DNA from: an uncultured Methanosarcinales archaeon
GTDB lineage: Archaea; Nanobdellota; Nanobdellia; Woesearchaeales; DSVV01
Direction of reading: 5' to 3'
Length of the DNA stretch: 64,000 nucleotides
Assembly (NCBI GenBank): GCA_964385055.1
Contig: CAYLMH010000005.1
Span: 2,801-66,800, forward strand
Below the pieces are notes generated by a model. That model was not told where the DNA came from. It did not search any database and worked only from the letters and a program-made list of their open reading frames with translations. The stretch's first letter is position 1; each line of letters begins with the position of its first letter. This document shows, piece by piece, positions 1 to 9,417 of the stretch. The translations under genes and the position numbers were made by a program.

Positions 1-1
1 C

Positions 2-100
2 AAAGTAAATGTTGACGTCAATTATTATACCGCAACATCCTCCAGCGCGTTTGGTCACACGGTCAGTGGAGAATTATTCTCAAACGTTGAGACGGGTTAG
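2..100 (+). CDS. 3' end of an ORF truncated by the window edge (hypothetical)
   Basis: Own translation of frame 2 gives KVNVDVNYYTATSSSAFGHTVSGELFSNVETG, then TAG at 98-100. No family recognised. Confidence 0.3.
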   Translation, partial: KVNVDVNYYTATSSSAFGHTVSGELFSNVETG

Positions 101-152
101 TTTTCTATTTTACTTTTTTATTTTCTTTTTCATTAATAGTCTCGTCATTTCT

Positions 153-210
153 AATCGCCTCACTCTTTTATTCGCCTGATGAGCTTTTGAATCCCTAATC
201 TTTTTTATTT
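153..210 (+). repeat. Hairpin-less variant of the intergenic module (AATCGCC ... TTTTGAATCCCTAATCTTTTTT)
   Basis: Near-identical in its core to 31055-31107 (AATCGCC..CT..TTTTGAATCCCTAA.CTTTTTT). Confidence 0.45.
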
Positions 211-436
211 TTAATAAAGGATAAATTGTGTAGGTGGACTTTACTGAGCGAATATTTGAAGCAAAAAATGCTTAAATGGAAACAGGACGCGAACAAAACA
301 AACAAGAAAACCTTCCTCAGTAGCAACTTTTATATACTGGTTCCACCTATGATATAATGGGGTGTAGATGCGGTATTTTGTGCTACTCTGTATACGACTA
401 TAGTTCTATACAGCGAATTGCCAACACCGCGGGACA

Positions 437-847
437 ATGGTTATCTTATTTGACATCTTTAATTTGCCAGAAGATATCTATGAAGTTATTTTCGCGACAC
501 CGCAGCAAAAAATAGTAGGTAAACTTCTTATCAAAATGATGAAAGAAAAAGGCGGAGAGATTACAAAAACAGAAATGTCTCTGTTTGCGATGCAGTTGCA
601 CGACGGCACGTTTGTCGCAGAGCTAGATGAACCAGAATATAAAAATAAGAAAGTAAAATTAAGCTACAATAAACGCCAATTCTATGATAGAATCCTCACT
701 CCCATGAAAGGCATGGGGCTTATCGACTACGACCTCTACAAAAAAACGTACAAAATTTCTGACAAGTTTAACAAAGCGTTAATTAAAATTGGACTTATGT
801 GGGTCAGAGAATATAGAGAAGTAGAAGCGATGTTGAATAAGAGATAA
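437..847 (+). CDS. Hypothetical protein
   Basis: 136-aa ORF with no competing frame. No motif recognised. Confidence 0.5.
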   Translation: MVILFDIFNLPEDIYEVIFATPQQKIVGKLLIKMMKEKGGEITKTEMSLFAMQLHDGTFVAELDEPEYKNKKVKLSYNKRQFYDRILTPMKGMGLIDYDLYKKTYKISDKFNKALIKIGLMWVREYREVEAMLNKR

Positions 848-887
848 GGTAGTAAAAAGTTAAAGAAATAATTAACGGATAATATGT

Positions 888-1259
888 TTAACGTTTCATC
901 CGTACATCAATATCTTCTGCGATTTTCCGTAATGTCGCGCAGGTTCGTTTCATATCTTCTTCCAATTCATCGATAAGTGCAGAAAGATTATTGACGCGAA
1001 GCATATATCCTTTTTTCTCATAGACCACAAGCCCTGTCTCCATGAGTTTGTTGATGTGATGCACAACAGTTCCACGAGTCAACGTAAGTCGTTCAGCAAG
1101 TTCATCGCTCGTGATGCTTCTGTTTGTTTTTGTTGCTTTCAGCAACTCTATAAAAATGCGAAAGCAGCTTTTGTCTTTGTCGCGAAGATTAAACAAGCCA
1201 AGAGAAGAACCAAACCACTGTAACTCTTCGTTGAGCGAAGGCGTCTCCGGCCGTCGCAT
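888..1259 (-). CDS. Winged-helix (ArsR/MarR-like) transcriptional regulator
   Basis: HTH segment ITSDELAERLTLTRGTVVHHINKLMETGLVVYEKKGY. ATG at 1259 sits about 50 nt downstream of a TATA-like GTTTAAATAAA on the minus strand. The ORF track extends to 1364. Confidence 0.6.
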   Translation of the reverse strand: MRRPETPSLNEELQWFGSSLGLFNLRDKDKSCFRIFIELLKATKTNRSITSDELAERLTLTRGTVVHHINKLMETGLVVYEKKGYMLRVNNLSALIDELEEDMKRTCATLRKIAEDIDVRMKR

Positions 1260-1402
1260 GCGAATAATAGTAATCCTCTGTTGAATTAATGCCATAAAGA
1301 AAAGATGGAGAAACCATTTATTTAAACTTTGTGGAGAGAAAAATAGAATCCAATTTTTTTCCAATGTTTGATCCTATTTTAAAAATTGCGCAGCAAAGAA
1401 AA

Positions 1403-1478
1403 ATACACGCACCCAACGCATGAACGCGTTGGGGACCCAATTGACCACGTCAAAGAAGGACGTGGTCAATTGGGGTCT
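1403..1478 (+). repeat. Intergenic hairpin module, copy 1
   Basis: ATACACGCAC box at 1403-1412. GGGGACCC is followed by a 16-bp stem CCCAATTGACCACGTC/GACGTGGTCAATTGGG and then GGGGTC. Confidence 0.7.
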
Positions 1479-1584
1479 TTATTAGTAAAAATAATATGTG
1501 ACAATCCAGAAATCAAGAAAAGCTAAAAAGATAAAGAAGAGGGAAACAAACAAGAAAAAATAAAGATTATAAGAGAATTGTATT

Positions 1585-1839
1585 TTAACAATCAACCCAT
1601 TTTGTACAGGTTCCATCTTGATCTTTCCAATCGCAACACTGTGCAGAATTTACAGAGGGAGAAATAGAATTTGTAGATGAAGATACTGAGCCCATCTTTG
1701 TAACTTTGATTGCCTGACCAGTCACATCACCCAAACTATTCTCAGCACCTGCATTCAATAACAATACAACTATTGCAACAGCAGCAACAATACCGACAAG
1801 TACGACCAAAGACAGATTTGTTTTTTCCTCTTTACCCAT
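1585..1839 (-). CDS. Small membrane-anchored protein with Cys-rich C-terminus
   Basis: N-terminal hydrophobic helix LSLVVLVGIVAAVAIVVLLL. The C-terminus carries 4 Cys (QCCDW..CTKWVDC). Confidence 0.5.
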   Translation of the reverse strand: MGKEEKTNLSLVVLVGIVAAVAIVVLLLNAGAENSLGDVTGQAIKVTKMGSVSSSTNSISPSVNSAQCCDWKDQDGTCTKWVDC

Positions 1840-1875
1840 ATTAACACCTCTATTATATAACTATAAAATAACCTA

Positions 1876-2292
1876 TTACTGCGCCCAGCTTGGAAGCATT
1901 GGTGTGATGCTTGGTCCAACAAGATCCCAAGCGTACGGAGCAACAATGATCAGTACACCAATAATGAGTGTATGATACCATTTTTCGCCGATACGACCAA
2001 CAATTGCTGCAGCGCTACCAATTTTGACCATTGCAACAATGCCAATAACAATACGAACACCAAGGTCAACCCAAAGAGTTTCTGTAAGCGCGAGATTGAG
2101 CAGCCCGAAAACAAAACTAATGTTCATGCTGACAAAAACGAAGAACATCGTGAAAGGCAGCGCGTGCATTGCATGCATGAACCAACCCATCCCTACTTCA
2201 TCTTCATGAACAAAGAAAATTTCAACAAGACCTATAATAATTCCAACGACCAATGCAGGGACTAAAACAATTCCTTCTAATGCCATGAACAT
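1876..2292 (-). CDS. Integral membrane protein (hypothetical)
   Basis: Four or more hydrophobic segments. Start placed at the internal ATG (MFMALEG). The ORF track extends to 2361. Confidence 0.55.
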   Translation of the reverse strand: MFMALEGIVLVPALVVGIIIGLVEIFFVHEDEVGMGWFMHAMHALPFTMFFVFVSMNISFVFGLLNLALTETLWVDLGVRIVIGIVAMVKIGSAAAIVGRIGEKWYHTLIIGVLIIVAPYAWDLVGPSITPMLPSWAQ

Positions 2293-2421
2293 TTTTGAGA
2301 AAGAGATATATATAAACCTTACGATTAAAAAATAGTCAAGAAATTCTAAACACGACAGCAAGCTTTATATACTGCGATTCCCTGAAAATCAAATGAATTA
2401 TCAAAAAGGGGAAAAGAAGTG

Positions 2422-3600
2422 ATGAAACACCTACAAAAATTCTCACTCACAACAGTACTGGTATTTCTGCTCAACATAACGATAGTTCACGCAGCGCTGA
2501 TGGATCCAGTCACGAGCAAGCTTCGATATATTTTCTTTAATCTCGGAACAACAGCGGCATTTTCCGTCTGGCTAAAATTTGCGTTCTTCGTCATTATTTT
2601 TGCAGTGCTTCATGGCGCTGGAATGAGAATTCCTCAATTAGCAGAAGGACCAATGAAGCGCGCGGTCGCAGTGATTGCGTTTGTTATCGCGTTAACAACA
2701 GCAATCCTTGTTCCGTACAAATTAATGCTCTACATTTTCAGAATGTATCATGCGCTGCTTGTTATTTTGTTTGCAATGCTTCCTGCAGGAATTGGATTTG
2801 TCATTAATCAAAAATTGCTCGCAGGAGACGACAGGCTGCACAGAATTCTCCGAGGCATTATTTACATTCTCATCACGATATTTATTTTCGGATTAATAGG
2901 AAATATTCAAGCAAATTCTTCTCCAGAAACACAACTCTATAGAGATTTGACAGAACCATTAATGTGGGGCGGTATTCTCGCGTTAGTCGCAGGATTTTAT
3001 AATCTGATTATGGCGTTAGGTGGCGATACAGTCGTGAGCGCAATTGGTGAACGATTGGGAAGAACACCACCTGCAGCAACGACACCCGCAGAAGCAACAA
3101 CTCCTCCTGGAGCAACCCCACCTGGAACACATCCTCCTGCAGGCGGAACAACGCACCCTCCCGCAACACCAGCAGAACGGATTGATGCGATGCGTGCATT
3201 TGGAACAAATGCGCAAGCATTGCAGGGGCATGTCACCCAAGCAGAGCAAGCAATCAATAATAATCTCATGCCGCTCATTCAACAAATTGATGCTATTACA
3301 CAACAAATTCAAGCAGGAGCAGGAATGTCTGGAGGAGTTCCTCCAAATCTTATCCAACAACGAGATCAACTTTTCCAACAAGCAAGACCAATTGCGCAGC
3401 AAATAATGCCGATTATCCAGCAAGCGCAACAGGAAGTAGCAACAGGGCAAAGTCTTATCAACACGATCATGGATGATCACGCAGCATATCAAGCAATACC
3501 GCAGCAAGTACGAAACATATTTGAGAATAATCTTGCGGGGTTCATCGACCTACAAAACAGAACATGCAGAGCATACGCAATGGCACATCAATTAATATAA
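2422..3600 (+). CDS. Polytopic membrane protein with Pro/Thr-rich linker and Gln-rich helical C-terminal domain
   Basis: Signal-like N-terminus, several TM segments, PPAATTPAEATTPPGATPPGTHPPAGGTTHPPATP linker and the motif AGAGMSGGVPP. GTG at 2419 is an alternative start. Confidence 0.7.
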   Translation: MKHLQKFSLTTVLVFLLNITIVHAALMDPVTSKLRYIFFNLGTTAAFSVWLKFAFFVIIFAVLHGAGMRIPQLAEGPMKRAVAVIAFVIALTTAILVPYKLMLYIFRMYHALLVILFAMLPAGIGFVINQKLLAGDDRLHRILRGIIYILITIFIFGLIGNIQANSSPETQLYRDLTEPLMWGGILALVAGFYNLIMALGGDTVVSAIGERLGRTPPAATTPAEATTPPGATPPGTHPPAGGTTHPPATPAERIDAMRAFGTNAQALQGHVTQAEQAINNNLMPLIQQIDAITQQIQAGAGMSGGVPPNLIQQRDQLFQQARPIAQQIMPIIQQAQQEVATGQSLINTIMDDHAAYQAIPQQVRNIFENNLAGFIDLQNRTCRAYAMAHQLI

Positions 3601-3618
3601 GATTATGAATAATAAATT

Positions 3619-5364
3619 GTGAAAAAAATGGTAGCAAAAGAAGATCATGGAAAAGATGCAGGAAAGAAGCCTGCTGAAAAAAAAGCAGAGCTTGTTCCAG
3701 TAGAGAAACTTATAGATGCACTTCAAGAAGGACTCGTGACCACAGTTACAGACGTTTCAAAGCACATGGAAGTCTATGGCGATGCAAAACCAAAGATAGA
3801 AGAAGTACTCATAGAGAGTGCAAAAATAGAAGAAGTACTAAGAAAACTTCCACGCAAAAAACCTACCGAACCAACAACAAAAGTAAAACCAAATCCGCAA
3901 GAGATTGAGAAGATAAGAGAAGTCATCAATAAATTTATTCCTTATGTCCAACAAATGCGCACACTGGGAGAGACTTTCCGCGCAGACTTTGGCAACCTGA
4001 AAGCAATGGAAGAAGGGACACAAAAAACTGAAGCAGCGCTTATGCTTGCAAATGGGATGATGAAAGCGTTTGGAGAAGTCAAAGGAGTAAATGCAGGGGT
4101 GCAAACCATTCTTAAAAATGAACAATATGGATTTGTTCCTGATGCAGAACAGAACGTGTTTGAAGAAGCGTTAGTCATTTTCTTTTCTGAGTTTATTTCC
4201 TTTACCTTTATTATAAATTACGCACTACGAAACACCGTGACAAAAGAAGAAGACAAAAAAACAGTGGATACTGCAAGAAAGGCAGTGCTTGATGAACTCA
4301 AAGCAGTTGCGGATGTCTCTGAAAAAAATATTGAAAAATTCAAAACACGAAAGAAAGATCTTGCGCAACAGATCAAAAACGCAAAAGAACTTGAAAAGTT
4401 TATCAAAGAAGAAGAAAAAGCTGAACTCGAAAAACTAAAACTCCTCCAGCAAAAAGCAGAACCTATTATTAAAGAAATAAAAGATGAAATGAAAAAGCTT
4501 CTAGACGAAATAAAGAAGCAAGATAAAGCGTTTGATGCGTTTGGAGATCTAGAAAAGATTACTGTTAAAGAATTAAGAGAACTCAAAGAAATCCCCGCAA
4601 AAATTAATGCTGAAATAGGAAAGATTAAAGCAGCTGTTGAGCAAAAGAGTCACGCAGGTGGTGGAGGAATGTCAGGTGGAGCTCCTCCAACAGGCATTGA
4701 TATAAAAAAATTAGATGCAGTAATAGAAGCAAGCAAAAAAGAAATCAAAACACAGCTTGATGCGTTCAAAACTGGCATCAGTATGGAAAAGACAATGGGA
4801 AGAAGAGAAGTTCTTAGTTTAAACACGGTCGTTAATAGTACGCAAGAAATAATCACCATTGCAAATCAGATAGAAGACACGCTCAAAGATAAACTGCTTG
4901 CGTTCTTGCAAACAGATGAAGGGAAAAAAGCATTCCCTGGAGCAAGAATAAATAACGCAACAACTGCCGCGCTTGGAGATATTAACAACCTTCAGAGAAT
5001 CATAGCAGAAGAACAAGAAGAAAGAAATATGATTGGCACCGTAGGAAGAGTCATGAAAGATCGTGCACTGAAAGAAGAAACACTAAGACGGGAAATAGAG
5101 AGAATGAAGAAGAGTGATGTAATTTTCAAAGATAATACAAATCTTTTAACGAATATGCCACGAATTGCGAATGCGTTGAAAGACGAGATAGACAGAATAG
5201 CGGGCGCAGAACAAGCATTGGTCAATGCACTCGTAACAAGCAAAGAGACCGCAAATAAAATAAAAATGCAAGTCGCTGATGTGCAAAGGACTGTTGGCGA
5301 AGTAGAAGCGCTTCTTCCTGCAAAAGGATTCTTCGCGAATTTGTTTAAGAGATTTAGAAGATAA
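3619..5364 (+). CDS. Long coiled-coil protein (hypothetical)
   Basis: 581 aa, Lys/Glu-rich heptad-like sequence with the motif AGGGGMSGGAPP. ATG at 3628 is an alternative start. Confidence 0.7.
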   Translation: MKKMVAKEDHGKDAGKKPAEKKAELVPVEKLIDALQEGLVTTVTDVSKHMEVYGDAKPKIEEVLIESAKIEEVLRKLPRKKPTEPTTKVKPNPQEIEKIREVINKFIPYVQQMRTLGETFRADFGNLKAMEEGTQKTEAALMLANGMMKAFGEVKGVNAGVQTILKNEQYGFVPDAEQNVFEEALVIFFSEFISFTFIINYALRNTVTKEEDKKTVDTARKAVLDELKAVADVSEKNIEKFKTRKKDLAQQIKNAKELEKFIKEEEKAELEKLKLLQQKAEPIIKEIKDEMKKLLDEIKKQDKAFDAFGDLEKITVKELRELKEIPAKINAEIGKIKAAVEQKSHAGGGGMSGGAPPTGIDIKKLDAVIEASKKEIKTQLDAFKTGISMEKTMGRREVLSLNTVVNSTQEIITIANQIEDTLKDKLLAFLQTDEGKKAFPGARINNATTAALGDINNLQRIIAEEQEERNMIGTVGRVMKDRALKEETLRREIERMKKSDVIFKDNTNLLTNMPRIANALKDEIDRIAGAEQALVNALVTSKETANKIKMQVADVQRTVGEVEALLPAKGFFANLFKRFRR

Positions 5365-5491
5365 ATTCTTAAGACCTATATAAACCCACATTCGAATGTA
5401 TTCGAATTATATTATGATTTTCTCTATATAGTTTGCGTGCCTACTTTCATTCATCCCGAAAGGGAGCGAGTATATTGCGGAGGGATGAAAG

Positions 5492-7048
5492 ATGAGAGGA
5501 AATGATAGAGCAGGATTAAGTGATGTAGTAAAAGAGCGTTTTGCAGAAATGAGAGCAAAACAGCAGGAATTTACAGCAACAGCAGAATTGAGAGAAGTAC
5601 TTCCTCAATTGTACACAGATGAAGCAAGAGCAGCACTAATAGAAACGCTTGCATACCAATACAACATACCTAATGGATACATCCAGCAGGCAGTGAACCA
5701 TTACATTGCGACAGACAATAGCAACGCGAAATGGCTCACCTATTTAGATACAAACAGTGAGTCTGCATTTGTTGCGGTTGAAGAACAACTTGGCTGGAAA
5801 ATAAGAAAAGAAAGTGATGACCAACGCGCAAAAAGAGATGCAATTCAAGCGCGAGTCGCGAAACCAACACGCGATCTTTCTTCAGAAGAATACGATCTTG
5901 CAAGAAAAGAGATTGATATTACTAAACTTGAAACAGATGAAGCACTGTACATCATTGACCTATGGGAACAAACGAATCGAATTGAACAAGCAGCAGAAGC
6001 GGCGAGAAAGATTGGAGTTCCAGTTCTTGGAGTGGAAATCTACGAAAGACGAGGATACTTTGAAGATGCAGCACAAACAGCAGAACAAGCAGGAATGCTA
6101 GAGAGAGCATTGCAAGATTATGAAGCATGCAACAACCATGGACAAGCGGGACAAGTCGCAGAAAAAGTAGCAACGCAAAAGAGAACAGAGCGACAAAAAA
6201 GCAAAGGCATCCAAAGTATGCTTTATGAAGCAGTTGCAGGAGCATACACCCCAGAAGAGCAAAAAATTATAGAACGAGCAATAACAAATTACGAGAAAGC
6301 AGGATGGGTTGAACAAGCAGTCTCATTAGCAGAAAAAATAAACAATTCTGAAAGAGTAATCAGCATTTATGAAAATGCAGGAAAAGCAGAAGCCGCAGCA
6401 GAGTACGCGCTAAAAAAAGGAATGACAAAAAAGTTCTTAGAAATCTGTGAGAAAGAAGGCCACTATGAAATAGCAGAAGGAATTGCAAAAGAAACACAAC
6501 AAAAAGAGCGAGCGCAGCTCTATGAAAAGGTAGACGCAATCATCAAATACGGTCATGACATGGATTTGTATAGAGAAAGAAGACAATTCTTCCTTGATTT
6601 AGAGAGTATGACTGCAGAGGCAGGGAATAATGATGAAGAGGGAGATGGTAAAGAAGAGAGAAAGAATAAAACAAGAGAACAAAAAAGAGGAGAACAAGGA
6701 ATCCTGACTTACTGCAAAAGAAGAATCGCTGAACTCAGAGATTGCATTCTTGTAGAAGGCACATACGAAGCAATCAAAACGTTGTGCGGTGTGGACACCA
6801 CAGGACAACTTATCCAAAAAATGACAATGCCCGCAATTTCTCTGATGGGGTTAGTTGGCTCATGCACCACATATATTGCTCATGATGAACCAAAACCTGA
6901 AGCGCCACAAATAGTATATGAAAGCAGAGAACAAATTCCAACGCCACCAGATATTGCTGTAGAGGAGAAATACCCGCCCCAGAAAGTTCCAGTAACGTAT
7001 CAAACACAGAAAATAGAACAGAAAATAACACGAGGCTGCAGTCATTAA
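5492..7048 (+). CDS. Helical-repeat protein with C-terminal hydrophobic segment (hypothetical)
   Basis: Recurrent Y-E-x-A-G-x-x-E-x-A helical repeats. Hydrophobic MPAISLMGLVGSCTTYI near the C-terminus. GGAGGGATG Shine-Dalgarno-like sequence upstream. Confidence 0.7.
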   Translation: MRGNDRAGLSDVVKERFAEMRAKQQEFTATAELREVLPQLYTDEARAALIETLAYQYNIPNGYIQQAVNHYIATDNSNAKWLTYLDTNSESAFVAVEEQLGWKIRKESDDQRAKRDAIQARVAKPTRDLSSEEYDLARKEIDITKLETDEALYIIDLWEQTNRIEQAAEAARKIGVPVLGVEIYERRGYFEDAAQTAEQAGMLERALQDYEACNNHGQAGQVAEKVATQKRTERQKSKGIQSMLYEAVAGAYTPEEQKIIERAITNYEKAGWVEQAVSLAEKINNSERVISIYENAGKAEAAAEYALKKGMTKKFLEICEKEGHYEIAEGIAKETQQKERAQLYEKVDAIIKYGHDMDLYRERRQFFLDLESMTAEAGNNDEEGDGKEERKNKTREQKRGEQGILTYCKRRIAELRDCILVEGTYEAIKTLCGVDTTGQLIQKMTMPAISLMGLVGSCTTYIAHDEPKPEAPQIVYESREQIPTPPDIAVEEKYPPQKVPVTYQTQKIEQKITRGCSH

Positions 7049-7068
7049 CATTCCTTCCGCAAAGGAAA

Positions 7069-7107
7069 GTGTTGGAAGAGATTTCTTTTCCAACACTTCT
7101 TTTTTTT
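7069..7107 (+). terminator. Hairpin plus T-tract terminator
   Basis: 9-bp stem GTGTTGGAA/TTCCAACAC followed by TTCTTTTTTTT, directly after the stop at 7048. Confidence 0.6.
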
Positions 7108-7118
7108 GAGGTGAAATT

Positions 7119-7481
7119 ATGGAAAAGGATAATAAAGAAACAATATTTCAAATTATTAGCGCAATTGCAACAGTTCTAGCACTCTACACAAAAGATAAGT
7201 ACATAGTAATTATCTCTTTTATAACAATAATGACTTCAGTATTTTTTTGGTATGGGGAGAATATAATTACTCCACTCAGTTTTTTACAGCAAGAAACAAG
7301 AGAGCTTCGTAAAGATTTAAATATGAGGAAAGAGATAGAAGAAGTAAAACAACAAATGAGCATAATCAATATGAGAATAACACAAACGAAGAAAGGCGGC
7401 TTAGACCCTATCTGGTTTATTATAATTATAGGGGCAATTATCATTGTAATGCTTTATCTTCAAGACAAAGGCTTCATCTAA
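7119..7481 (+). CDS. Small membrane protein (hypothetical)
   Basis: Hydrophobic segments at both ends with a charged helical middle. Confidence 0.55.
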   Translation: MEKDNKETIFQIISAIATVLALYTKDKYIVIISFITIMTSVFFWYGENIITPLSFLQQETRELRKDLNMRKEIEEVKQQMSIINMRITQTKKGGLDPIWFIIIIGAIIIVMLYLQDKGFI

Positions 7482-7520
7482 ACAAGAACGTATTTAAATC
7501 CAGTATTTTTTTTATTTTCT

Positions 7521-9365
7521 ATGAGAACAAAAAGCATGATTATCCTGATTTGTATTTTTCTCTTTTTTCTTATTCCTACCTCTGCGCAAAAAATAGGGCA
7601 TATTACTCTACTTGCAGTGTCTGAGGCAACACAAACAGGCTCAACAGCAGATTTGTATCTCCGTGTGCAGGAAGGTGGCGGTGGCGTATACATCGATACA
7701 TTTCCCTTAACAAAACTCGACACGCAACTCAGCACACGATTCGCACAACAGATTGCCTGCGATTTTCTAGATAAAGAATGCACAGACAAAGACTTTTTTT
7801 ACACTATTCGATCTGACGCAACAATAATAGGAGGACCAAGCGCAGGTGCAGCGCTCACAACGCTTACTATCGCAATGCTGGATAATCTTAAAGTCAATGA
7901 ATCTGTCGCGATTACAGGAACAATTAACGTTGGTGGTCTTATTGGTCCAGTAGGCAGTTTAATAGGAAAGATTGACGCAGCACAAGAAGCAGGTATGACA
8001 AAAGTGTTGATTCCAAAAGGAAGTAGGTATGAAGAAAAACCTGAGCATAGTTATAATGAACGACTCGCAAATATGTCTGCGGAATTTTACAGAATAAACA
8101 ATGAGACAAATATAACAGAAGTGGATCTCTTTGCGTATGGAGATACAATAGGAGTTGAAGTAAAAGAAGTAGGAACAGTGCAGGAAGCAGTATACGAAAT
8201 AACAGGAAAATGGTACGCGGCGAATGAAAAAGAGATTATTCCAGACGAATGGTATACAGAAAAAATGAAAGATATTGCAAATGACCTTTGCAGCAGAACA
8301 CAAACCACAATCAAAGAATATGAAGCAGCAAGAGAGAGTCATCCACAAGCAGAAAATGAAGAAAAAAGAAATCAAACAGAAATTTTGTATGAAGAAGTTC
8401 TCAACACCACAATTCGCGCAGAAAACGCGACAGCGTATGGCAAATATTATGTCGGAGCAAGTACTTGTTTTGGAAATAACATTAGAATCAGCTACGCAAC
8501 ATTAACAGAAACAGGAATTGACAAGAACAGAACAAAAGAAGAAGCAGGAAAGATTAATAATTCTATAGACGAAGTAAACAATATTCTAGAGAGTGAAGAA
8601 CTGGAAACAAGCACAGACTTGCAAGCATATCTTGTTGTAAATGAACGATTGGAAGAAGCAAAAGACACACTGCAACAAATCTACATAAATCTTGCGATAG
8701 ATCTTGGAAATGAAAGCGCGTATGACATCGCGTACGCGACAGAACGATTATACAGCGCACAGGCATGGGCAGGATTTTTCGAAAATAATGACAAGAAACT
8801 TGAACTGGATAATGAAGCAGTGCGAGAAACATGTATTCAGAAAATCGCAGAAGCAGAAGAGCGATATCAATATGTAAAACTGCTTAGTACAGAACCTTTG
8901 GATAACATTGTTGGATATCTGGATAGAGCAAATGAAGAATATGAAAAAGGAAATTATGTGTTATGTCTGGATATTGCAAGCAGGGCAAAAGCGAACTTGG
9001 ACATTATTCTCAGTTTATTTGGAGTGCGAGATGAATCAGAATTAACAGAGCTTGTTGAAGAGCGGCTGCGGTTGGTAAGACAGATCATCAATAAACAACA
9101 AGAGAAAGGATACTTTCCAATGCTTGGATATAGTTATTATGAATACGCGTCATTTTTGAAAGAGAGTGATCCATACTCCGCGCTTATTTACGCGCATTAC
9201 GCGTTGGAGTTTAGTCATCTGGATATGTATTTTAAAGAAAAAAAGATGGAGATTCCTTTTCCAGAAACAGAAAATGTGTTGTATTTCCTCTTTGGATTAG
9301 GAACAGGATTTTTGATTGCAAGTATCACAATTTTGAGAAAGGGCAAAAAGAATGAGAGTAAATAA
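7521..9365 (+). CDS. Secreted or membrane-anchored Lon-type (S16) serine protease domain protein without an AAA+ module
   Basis: Signal peptide. Lon proteolytic-domain motifs IIGGPSAGAALT (Ser) and GKIDAAQEAGMTKVLIP (Lys). C-terminal TM segment, no Walker motif. Confidence 0.7.
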   Translation: MRTKSMIILICIFLFFLIPTSAQKIGHITLLAVSEATQTGSTADLYLRVQEGGGGVYIDTFPLTKLDTQLSTRFAQQIACDFLDKECTDKDFFYTIRSDATIIGGPSAGAALTTLTIAMLDNLKVNESVAITGTINVGGLIGPVGSLIGKIDAAQEAGMTKVLIPKGSRYEEKPEHSYNERLANMSAEFYRINNETNITEVDLFAYGDTIGVEVKEVGTVQEAVYEITGKWYAANEKEIIPDEWYTEKMKDIANDLCSRTQTTIKEYEAARESHPQAENEEKRNQTEILYEEVLNTTIRAENATAYGKYYVGASTCFGNNIRISYATLTETGIDKNRTKEEAGKINNSIDEVNNILESEELETSTDLQAYLVVNERLEEAKDTLQQIYINLAIDLGNESAYDIAYATERLYSAQAWAGFFENNDKKLELDNEAVRETCIQKIAEAEERYQYVKLLSTEPLDNIVGYLDRANEEYEKGNYVLCLDIASRAKANLDIILSLFGVRDESELTELVEERLRLVRQIINKQQEKGYFPMLGYSYYEYASFLKESDPYSALIYAHYALEFSHLDMYFKEKKMEIPFPETENVLYFLFGLGTGFLIASITILRKGKKNESK

Positions 9366-9417
9366 AATCAAGAAATATGTCAGAATAATTATATAGTTCT
9401 TTATCTCAAGAAAACGC

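Noticed and set aside
2997-3507. Several ORFs (70-163 aa) in both directions within the 2422-3600 gene
   Set aside because: They are generated by the Pro/Thr/Gln-rich repetitive coding region. The long sense frame, with its signal and TM architecture, is the credible gene.
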